A stretch of DNA of 64,000 nt. Source: Phoronis australis. Taxonomy: Eukaryota > Animalia > Phoronida. A program made the translations under genes and the position numbers. How positions within the stretch are numbered: position 1 is the first letter of the stretch; every line of letters starts with the position of its first letter. Shown piece after piece: positions 1-10,020 of this stretch. The DNA is taken from assembly GCA_002633005.1 (NCBI GenBank), contig NMRA01000113.1, positions 274,054 through 338,053 on the forward strand, given 5' to 3'. Below the pieces are notes generated by a model that worked only from the letters and a program-made list of their open reading frames with translations, was not told the origin of the DNA and did not search any database.

Positions 1-541
1 ACAGCTTTCCACCAAGGCTAGGTGATGCAAGACATTATTCTTTGTTGCATTTTAGTAACTGGTCTTGGCTAATTATCATTTTATGGCCTGGTCATCCATT
101 CAGTCAAAAGTAGTTCCAGAGGTGACTTATCAGCCAATTATTCACGCATGCTGACTCACAATAGAAGCCTGATAAGAGTGAAGGTGGATAAATGCGGTGT
201 TCCTACAGTTTCTTGTTTTAGTGGATGTGTTCACGACATGCTTTCTTTAGTGTCTGTCCGAGCACCGATGCAGACAGTGCGTTAAAAGTTTCATCTTTCG
301 GTCGTACCATTAAGCCGAGGAGAGTGCAGGACATGTGACTTTTTTAGTGTTAGTTTAAGTGATATATTAACGGACTGTTGGATAAGTACCTTGATATGGA
401 CTATATACCTAGTTTAGTGGTTTTTAGTTTTAACGTTTTAGAAAGGGAGATGTTATATCAGTACTTTGTGTCAATTAACCCTGTATATCCTTAGTTATCC
501 ATGTAACACTTGTGTTATCAGGGGACACGGAGAATACAACA
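1..541 (+). mobile_element. 3' end of a Gypsy-like LTR element: degenerate pol tail, PPT and short LTR (451-541)
   Basis: Reading ...SFGRTIKPRRVQDM* (stop at 336-338) resembles Gypsy pol C-termini; a T-rich spacer follows, then purine tract GAAAGGGAGA (441-450) directly before TGTTAT...CAACA (451-541). Confidence 0.5.
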
Positions 542-544
542 GAT

Positions 545-1310
545 ATGACATCCCTACCTGCCTTTCACGCGTTTCTGGTACACGCCAATGAACAATCCGC
601 GGGTAGCAGGTGGATGAAATGGCTAAAGAAGTTTGAAAACATGCTTTTAGCCTTAGACATTACTGACACTAAACGTAAGAAAGCCCTATTACTACATTAC
701 ATAGGCGATGAGGGGTTCGATATCTATGATAGCATGACAGATGCTCAACAGGGTGAAGAAGATACCTATGATACTGTGAAACAAAGCTTCACAACTTACT
801 TCACGCCTAAGCAAAACACTGCATATGAAACATACAAATTCAGGCAAGCCATTCAGGATCCAATAGAGACAATCGACTCGTTTCCGCGTCTCGCTTGAGA
901 ACACTTGCAGCCACATGTGACTTTCATGACACAGATCGTGAGATCTTAACACAAATTCTTCATGGGTGTACCTCCACTCGACTCCGCCGTCGTGGCCTAC
1001 GAGACAACATGACGCTGACACAAGCTCTTTACGAAGCGCACGCACTCAAACTCTCCGAACAATGTGCCAGTGACATTGAAAAGGGTGTCAACTTACTAAC
1101 ATTGCACAAGCACAAATCATAGTTGTCCAATCAGTTCAAACCACAGGACCAGCACAGACCCAAGAAACAATTAAGCAACTCGCGAGTCCCGAAGCGAACG
1201 TCATCAGGGCAGACCCACACCAGTAACAACCACAAGCCCAACAACAACTGGCAAAAATGAAACCGAGTGTGTCGAAACTGTGGTGGAGATTTTCCCCATC
1301 CTGCGAACAT
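545..1310 (+). pseudogene. Gypsy gag remnant (frameshifted, truncated by the next LTR element)
   Basis: ORFs 512-898 and 895-1122 (RWMKWLKKFEN...RKKALLLHYIG...YFTPKQNTAYETYKFRQ...CDF) resemble the gag at 14.8-15.5 kb; start of a zinc knuckle CRNCGGDFPH at ~1268-1300. Confidence 0.75.
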
Positions 1311-1316
1311 CATATG

Positions 1317-1472
1317 TGTTGATATGAGCGACCTCTACCGGTCTCTATATATATGTGTATTGCATAGTGGGAACACCTGTTAGTTGTAGTGTGAGCGCCA
1401 GTTAGTGAGCATCAATAAAAGCAGTGCTAGTGATCCTGAAGATCGTTGATTATTTCACTCAACAACTCAACA
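1317..1472 (+). repeat. 5' LTR of Gypsy element 1
   Basis: TG...CA ends, AATAAA, matches 4009-4180 apart from a (CT)n(AT)n expansion and scattered substitutions. Confidence 0.9.
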
Positions 1473-4008
1473 TGGTAGCAGCGGTATTTTGACCAATCTC
1501 TGAAAGATGGCAAAGAACGGCAATTTTAGACTGCCTCCACAACTGGACTTGTCGGACGCTAATCTCGCGGAAACGTTTCGCAAATGGAAACAACTAAATG
1601 TGTATTTGTTGGCCAGCGGAACGACAAGAAAACCCAAAAAGGTACAAGAAGCATTTATTTTGCATTGCGGTGGCAATGACGTGATTAGCGCCGCTGAACA
1701 TATCGTATATGATAATGCCGGAGACGAGGCTGATGATATCATTGTAGTCAGCTGTAGCGACACGCTGGCAGAAGCGACAGCGGATCACAACATGAAAATC
1801 AAGAAACTGCAAGACGGATGCCGCGAACAGAAAATCAGGCTTAATGAGGCCAAGAAAGCAGTTGGATTATCTGAAATAACATTTCATGGGCACGTATCAG
1901 CCGCGACAGAGTGAAAGTCGACAAAGCAAAAGTGCAGGCGATATCCGATATGCCTGTACAGACGGATGTCTCAGCAGTCAAGCAATTTTGCGGGATGGTT
2001 CAGTATGTATCTCGTTTTCTGCCGAACTTAGCCCAGGATCTTGAACCAATTAGAGCCTTGACACGGAATAAGGCGAAATTGGGGGTCAAATGAGTGCCAG
2101 AAAGCTTTTGAGATAATTAAGCAGAAACAGTCAGACATTCGTGTACTGACATATTTTGATTCTGCAAACAACGTCATGCTACAAGTCGACGGTAGCAAGG
2201 ACGGCATGGGCGCATGTTTGTTACTAAACGACCAGCCAGTCGAATATGCATCAAGGACACTAACACCTGCAGAAAGAAATTGGTCTCAGATGGAGAAAGA
2301 ATTGCTGAGTGTGGTGTACGGTTTGGACAGATTTGATCAATATGCGTATGGGAGGCGAGTGATAGTGAAAAATGATCATCGCCCCCTAGATTTCATTTTA
2401 CAAAAGCCGTTAGGGCAGGCACTCAAGCGTATTCAGGCGCTTATGATGCGACTGTATCGATATGATATCGAGTTTCACTATGTGAAAGGCGAAAGTTTGT
2501 ACATCGCAAACACATTGAGTCGAGCATGTGTCGAGAGCGTCATAGACGATCGGGCTAGGATTATGTGTGTGCAGCACCTGGAGGAAATTCCTGACGCCCG
2601 GGTGGCGGAAATTAAAGCTGCGATGGAAAGTGACGCAACGATGCAGTCACTACTTAGCATTATCCAGGATGGGTGGCCCGAACGCGAAGGCAAGTCGGAT
2701 GTTCCACCCGAGGTGAAACTATTTTATGATATGAGAGATGTGTTATCCTCACATAATGGGCTTATTGTTAAAGGAGAAGCCATATTGATTCCGAAGTCAT
2801 TACGGAATAACATGCTGCAACGATTACATGCAGCGCATCTAGGCTACGATAGCATAATACGACGCTCCAAGGAATGACTTGGCCCGGAATAAACAAAGTT
2901 TTGCAACGAATCACGGAAGCGTGTAAACCATGCCAAGAGTTAAAGGCACGGCCGCAGAAAGAAAGCTTGATGCAACATAACGCAGGAGTACACCAGTGGG
3001 AAAAAATAGGTATGGATCTATTCGAGATCGACAGGAAACACTTTCTAATAACTGTGGATTATTTTTCCAATTTTGTGGAAGTGGAGAGAATGTACAAAAC
3101 GACATCATCTCAGGTCATTATACAATTGAAGAAGCTTTGCGCGCGATACAGAATCCCGAAACGCCGAGGGTTCGCAATTCACTTCGACTGAGTTCGAACG
3201 TTTCATTCGCGATTGACAGACAGTGCACACAAAATCGAACTCGATGCACCAGAACGCAAAACGATATATACTTGGCAATCCTCGAACAGCGAATGACCCC
3301 GAACGCGACTGGTGTAAGCCCAAGTGAACTGATGTTCAACCGTAAACTGCGAACGCAATTGCCCGTGATGAACAGAACATCAAACTAAACCTTAGCCTCG
3401 AGAAAGCGCGACAGCGGCGAGAAGCACGAAAGGCAACGGTGAAGCAATACTATGACAAAAATTCGCGTGACCTACCGGAGCTTGTCATAGACCAACCTGT
3501 GTATTTTCAACATAAAGAAGGTGACGTGTGGATTCTTGGCATGGTTGTACAGAAATCCGGCACAAAAAGTTTTTTGTGAAAGCGGAGAACAGACAAATAT
3601 TCGAAAGCAATCGAAAGCCTATTCGTCCTACGCAAATTAGGCCAAACATCCGCAAAAAATCTCCGGAACTGAAAGTGCCTAACGCCGAAACCGGTAAATC
3701 ACCGACACCGGAAAAAGGTAATGCACCACAGACAACTGTAACCAGAAATGCAGAAAACAGTATATCACCGACAGACAATCTCCTGGTTGTAGAGCAGAGA
3801 CGTTCACATCGAGTGACCAACGACCAAGTTATCTCAGGGACTATGATTGCTCATGAACATTTGTTTTAGTGACGATTTAGTTTAATGATTTTTGTGTAAG
3901 AAACATGTGATACTTGTGGATTAGTTTGTTTATTTTTACGCCGTATGGTAAACTCATATCTGATAAAAGGGAAAGAAAAACTTGTTTTTTTGATTTGAGA
4001 AAGGGAGA

Positions 4009-4180
4009 TGTTGATATGAGCGACCTCTACCGGTCTCTTTCTCTCTCTCTCTATATATATATATATGTTGCATAATGGGAACACCTGTTTGTTGTAGTGT
4101 GAGTGCCAGTTACTGAGCATCAATAAAAGCAGTGCTAGTGATCCTGAAGATCGCTCTTTATTTCAATCAAAAACTCAACA
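4009..4180 (+). repeat. 3' LTR of Gypsy element 1
   Basis: Preceded by a PPT; direct repeat of 1317-1472. Confidence 0.9.
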
Positions 4181-4200
4181 AAATTCTAATCCCGAAAGCC

Positions 4201-4568
4201 AGTGAGAATCTCATTGGATTCCAGTTAGATTCCAGTGAGAATCTAACTAATTAAGATGCCATTTAAATTAGAGAAAGAAAATCTCACTCTAAGTGAGAAT
4301 ACAGTGATATTCCAGTTAGAATTCAGTGAGAATCTAACTAATTTGCATAGCATTCCCACTCAGTGAGAATTTGTCTTACTGAAATTCTCACTCAGTAGGA
4401 ATGCTATGCAAATTAAGACCAAAATTCTCACTGGATTCTCAATGTTACATAACATTTTCTCACTGACTGCCCCTGTTGTTCAATTCCCACTGGGTTCTCA
4501 CTGGCGGCATTTCTAACTAGAATTGGCGATTTAGTGAGAATCTAACTGGAATCCAGTGAGATTGTCAC
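4201..4568. mobile_element. Foldback/MITE-like palindromic element
   Basis: ~32-bp inverted ends (AGTGAGAATCTCATTGGATTCCAGTTAGATTC / GAATCTAACTGGAATCCAGTGAGATTGTCACT) and many internal AGTGAGAAT / ATTCTCACT subrepeats. Confidence 0.7.
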
Positions 4569-4816
4569 TTTTTTTCATATGGGAGCTGAAAATGGCGTTT
4601 CAGAGAAATAAGCAGATCTTTTTGAGTCACAACTGAAATTTTGCTTATAGATGCCTTGAGGGTTAGTGTTTGTGTTAGCCACTTATTTTGGCTTGTTTTC
4701 CTATTATGTATCTGTGGCAATTATAATAATTTACAATAAACAAGCCCAGGTTAATTTTGGCATTTTGTCTATGAAATAAAAATCTACATAAACATTGCAT
4801 TTATCATGTTTTTCAG

Positions 4817-5752
4817 GAAATTATCCAAGACTGACTTCATCTCAAATGATGACCATCAAAAGTATATTGCCTGTTGAAGCTGTTCGATGTTTGCCGGGTG
4901 TGTGGGAACAGGGCTTCTACCATCGTAAAAATGATGGGCACAATGGTAGTTGTTCAGCTGAGCTGCACCGGTGTCAGCTCCCCTGGTTATACGTGGAATT
5001 CTCAGCCATTTGTGCAGGACTACCCCAAGGGGAACCTTCTGCTGTCGGCTGCCACCTTGTTTAGCGGCAGTTCCATTACAAAGGTACAGAACCTGCTTAG
5101 ATTCTTTGGAATCAAGATGCATCATAACAACACCTTCTTCCAGCACCAGCGCCTGTTTCTTCATGACACTATAGAAAAAGTGTGGGGCGACCAGCAGGAG
5201 GAGCTGCTCCTCAGTTTACCGCCTGACATACTCATAGGAGGCGAAGCAAGATGTGACAGGTAATTACTCACTATATTTTGTTGGTTAGTACTGCAGTGGT
5301 TGCTTCCTATTCACATCAAGACGGGTATGATAAATTAGAAACTCTGTAAGTGTTAGGATAGTAGTTATGTACATACGAATTTACTGATTGCTTTGAAGGC
5401 CTGTGCTGTGCTGCAAATGATGGCTTGATCGTTAGAGATGACAAAATATTTTTTCACATTGACATGCCTTAGGAAGAAAGTATTTTCTCATTTTGTGATT
5501 TATAATCTATTTTTCTTTCATTGCAGTGAATTGCTTTAATGATAATGATAATTAATAGTCTGGTTGTGTATTCTGCAGTGAAAGTAGAATATCTTTATTC
5601 AGACAAAGTCTTTTAATACAATAATGCCTATAATCTGACTGATTCTCATTGCCATCACGTCATATTTTAGCCCTGGTCATGCCACAAAATATAGCAGTTA
5701 CACGCTGATGGACCTTGACCGCAACAAAATCTTAGTGATGGAACTTGTACAG
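4817..5752 (+). pseudogene. Spliced DDE transposase fragment, Kolobok-like
   Basis: ORF 4874-5263 (CRVC...WNSQP...GNLLLSAATLFSG...IGGEARCD) ends at a GT donor (~5260); after an AG acceptor (~5670) it continues SPGHATKYSSYTLMD...MELVQ|GT. This reconstructs a GxxRCDSPGHxxKY motif that I associate with Kolobok transposases; the first catalytic D appears changed to E. Confidence 0.6.
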
Positions 5753-7267
5753 GTAATACACGTCACTGCATACTAAAAAATGTTGGCCTTATTATGTTGA
5801 GTAAAACTGTTCTAAGTAAAAAACCATTACTCCTTTTGCTACCCTTTGTGTTGGGCTTCGAGTCTTGCACAGATGCTCTGTGTCGTGGTGGGATGCACCT
5901 GCTCTGCTCGTCATGTTTGACATGGTATTTAGTTAAATTCTTCAAGTGTGCGGTATACACACCTGTGAGCTGCTCTGTTTCAATAGGGTTGTAGACTTCC
6001 TACCATGTGTTACATTCACACTCTCTACTTGTATGCCCCTCTTCCCGCTGTCATGTGTATTTCACTGTTCATTTCCCTATGTATATGTTCATTTTACTTA
6101 TTGCCTGATGATGAGACATGCAGTCTTGAAATATAGCTAGTGTTTTAATTTGTTTGTTATGTCTCTCGGTGTTTTACTACATACCTGCACACCTGAAGAA
6201 AGGAGACAGTGTTCCGAAACTACGAGCGTACCAGCATCAAGCTTGCAAAGAAAAAGTCTAGTGTTTGTAACGAAGTTTGTGTAAAAGGGGGCTGCTTCTA
6301 AACTGCACTGTGTGGGGCTTTAAAGATAATCGTGAACTTATATGTATTTATTTTCTCATTTGGCTTGTCTTGAAACATAATTTCGAATGCCCAAATATCA
6401 AAATCCAAAAAATTCAAGGTATTGGTGATCTTGTGAAACAATCACCGTTTCGTTGCTGTGTTTACAAAGACACTTCTTCGACAACACTGTTGACCTTCTG
6501 CACCAGCGGCATCGTACAAGATATGTGGCACTTGGTACAAAGTTCACGTCATTGTCACTTGTATGTAAACACACAGCAAAACTTCAATCCATGTTCGTGC
6601 GACTTTGTAACAGATTGTAAAGCCTTGTTCAAGAATCTTAAAATGGTTACATACTAGTCATTTTGGGAAGAAATGGAATGAATTAGACACCGCTGCTTAA
6701 AATATTCAATACAAGAAACTGAATTCCTATGACCCACTTAACACTTGTGTTGACAAAGAATGAGACATTTATATATCTTGCAGATTATGCATCTGAAATG
6801 AGTTTCATATTGGAATGGTACATAATGCCCTTCTGTATTAATTTGGTTTATAAAGGTTCATACAGGATAAAGACTTTCATTGACTGAAATATATTTTTCT
6901 AAAAATTGTTGTTACATCTGTTTACAAAATTGTTGTACTGTGTTGTCATTATGGATAACTGAATGGGAAAATGTGTAGCGGAGTCTTTTAGTTTGTACTC
7001 CAAGATATGTACTAAGCACTGACACTGATTTATTTCAGGGGCTGTCACCAAGCAGCACAGCAGTACTTGCTCAAGTTTCGTAGAAAAGGATCAGTACCTG
7101 GCTGCAGAGTGCAGGTGACAGACAGGGTGAACGCAAACTCTGTGAGGCTGTCAATGTCGTCCAATCCAGTCATGAGCCGGAGACTGTGTAGAGTTTGTAA
7201 AAAGTTCATTATTATTAGATGTTAAGTTTTTATGTTATAGGTTTTAGTTACTCATTTTTGTACATAT

Positions 7268-8329
7268 TTTACTTTTGGGTGTTACATATTAATAAAATTA
7301 TTAAGGAACAAGACCTTTTTCTTCTTGTGGCTACTACACATGCAATAGGATTTAAATGGCCAACAAAGTGCACAGTTGTAGGAGTTAAAACCTTGAAGCA
7401 TTAAACAAATAAACCTGTTGTTTCGCCATACCCACAAACAGTAATATTCCTGCATCAGGGCTGTAAAGGCAACATTAGTGGTTCTATGTTGGCACAGTAC
7501 TGGCCCACCACTGTACTGTCACCTATGTAATTACTATACTGGCTTAATATGAGCCCATCAATGGCCCCGTACAGAGCCAATACAGTCTGTCAATACTGGC
7601 CCTTTATATGGCCGAAACCGGTTTTTTGGGGTATTGGGCCAGTAATGGCTTGGTAGTGGCCCTTTACTGACCCGATATCGCAAACTTATAACGGCCCAAT
7701 ACTGAGAAGGTGTGCAGAATGTTATTGGGCCAGTACTGGCCTACATCATTGGGCCAATGCAGACAGTAGAGAGCCAGTATTGGCCCAGTACCTGCATGTT
7801 TACTGGGATATTAATAAAAGTATTAAGGAACAAGAGCTTTTTCTTCTAGTGGCAACTACACATGCAATAGGATTTAAATGACCAACAAAGTGCACAGTTG
7901 TATAGGAGTTAAAAACCTGAAGCACTGAAAAAAGCAAACCAGTTTTTCAACACTTAAAAACAGTGATATTCCTGCATTGAGCCTGTAAAGGCAACATTAA
8001 TGGTCCAATACTAGCACTGTACTGACCCAGCTCTGCATTTTCACAAACGTAATTAGTATACTGGCTTATATGGGCCCCTCAGTGGCCCTGTACAGGGCCA
8101 ACACTGTGTGTCACTACTGGCCCTTTATGGGGCCGAATCTGGTTTTGGTGTATTGGCCCAGTAATAGCATTGTGCTGGCAATTAACTGGCCCGTTATCGC
8201 AATCGTATACTAGCCCAATACCCAGCGAGTGTGCAAAATATTATTGGGCCACTACTGGCCTATATAATTGGGCCAATACAGAAGACAGTATAGGGCCACT
8301 ATTGGCCCAGTGACTGCATGTTTACTGGG
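7268..8329. repeat. Two-copy tandem duplication (~540-bp unit) containing a TACTGGCCC/GGGCCAGTA-rich MITE half
   Basis: 7268-7808 and 7809-8329 align along their length; both end in ...GCATGTTTACTGGGA. Confidence 0.8.
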
Positions 8330-8870
8330 AAGCATCTACATCTGCACCATCGGATCCTCAACCTCAACCAGGTTAGTTAGCCTCTGATGCGACTTTGCTT
8401 GATTATGAGGCACCTCCACTGACACCAATTCCTAGCATGTAGCCGATAATGGGCATCCATATACAGTCTTCAATTCGCATGAGGACCTTAACACCCTCCT
8501 CCCAACCTCAACCATCACATCACCACAGGAAGTAGTTGTCTTGAACAACTGCCTCGTCTAACAACAACCAGCCAAATATAAAATAACCGTCGAGAAATGG
8601 ATGGATGCGTTTCTCATATTAGTATCCATATTCATCGAAGCTCAGCCCCACCAAGGTCTAGAGCAACTGATGTCTATGCACGGCTTCGGACTTGGGGCAC
8701 AGTGCACAAAGACAGGTTGGATACCTTACAATGAGCAGTGCTGCTCCTGAAAAGCTCGCGACCCAACCACACCCTGGTCGACAATAGACCTGGAGTTGTG
8801 GTTGCTGTACATGATGGGCTCCTCTACTGACATAGTACCACTTCCACCTACCAGACACTGCTATGCCTTT
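8330..8870 (+). pseudogene. DIRS/Ngaro-like (tyrosine-recombinase retroelement) gag remnant
   Basis: Broken frame TVEKWMDAFLILVSIFIEAQP...GWIPYNEQ...KARDPTTPWSTIDLELWLLYM resembles DIRS-group gag; 8330-8520 is paralogous to 13241-13287 plus 14249-14430. Confidence 0.55.
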
Positions 8871-10020
8871 AGCTACAGGGCAAATTGCACTGCTATGCAG
8901 ATACAAACTTAGTACATGCATGACCTGCAGTGGCTTCCAATTGTGCATAATATGTTATCCCTTGTAATTAAGGTACCTTCTGTAAAATAATTAATTACAG
9001 AGCCGTGACCCTGAAATTTCCAAAACAATCTAAAATATATTATTCACGTGTTGTTTTATTTGTCCCTAATAAACCAAAAAACCTAACTGAAGCCACTGAC
9101 CAGGTGTTCATTAACACAATGTCATGAGTACATATGTTCCTTTGGGTAAATGGAATTAAAAAATCTGTTCAAACTGAAGTTGTCAACCTTTCAAGAGGCG
9201 TCAAAGCTGGAGTCTTAGGGAGCTTCCATCCCCAAAGAAGCCGATGACCAAGCAAATGAAGGCCTGTCAGTTCCTGCTGTTAGAATTATAAGGTGGATGC
9301 AAGTGAAGTTAGTGAGGGTGAGTGGCCAAGTGAGGACCGTTTCATTCCATAGCGAATTCCGGAGATTGCTGAAACTCCCATATAAGTGAATGGTTGGTGG
9401 CAAGAAAGAAAATTCACAACTTTGCCATACATCGGCAACATAACTATGCTGAAAAGGATCTTTATTTGAAAGTGGTGTGTGGCAGATTTGAGTGAAGTAA
9501 ACAAACCGTTCACATATATTTCGTGCCCAGTCTCTCCGAAACTTAGGGCACCATAAGATTACACAAGATTCGACAATATGCTGGTTTTTCAGTCAGTTTT
9601 ATTTTCAATGAAATGAAGAGACATGTGAATGTTTTAAGACTGTTTTCAAGTAGCCAGCTTTGGCAGTCTGACAAGAGAAACGTATGTTTTGAGTTAAACC
9701 CAATATGTTCAGCCATGAACTTGTTCAAGGGTTCAATCGTTAAATAATATTTCATCTGTCTTCAGTTTACTAAACATGAATGTGAAATCATATAACTGCA
9801 TCACCAAATTCCTGACTGGATATCCAATGCTTTATCTAAAAAGCAGACATGGCATGGAGTTTGGGACTCTTCTGAGCACAGTAGATTACATAGTAGCATT
9901 CATTTTATTATGCAAAAGTGATGCAAGGCTAACTTCAATTACTCACATCATGGTACTCAGGAACTGGATTCAAGTTTTATTATGACAATGAGATTGATAT
10001 CACTCTGACATAAATCCTAC

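Larger units (their letters stand above)
1317..4180 (+). mobile_element. Gypsy/Ty3 LTR retrotransposon, internally deleted and decayed
   Basis: Direct LTRs 1317-1472 and 4009-4180 (TGTTGA...TCAACA); PBS TGGTAGCAGCGG after the 5' LTR; PPT GAGAAAGGGAGA before the 3' LTR; RT (ADDIIV), RNase H (VDGSKDGMGA, EKELL, DHRPL) and integrase (H-H-C-C, GMDLF, VDYFS) in several broken frames. No TSD is recognisable. Confidence 0.9.

Noticed and set aside
692-3820. Antisense ORFs over the Gypsy coding regions (also 15601-18185)
   Set aside because: Shadow frames of gag/pol with no motifs of their own.
1311-4186. TSD for Gypsy element 1
   Set aside because: The flanks CATATG and AAATTC do not match; the right flank was probably lost by deletion or rearrangement.
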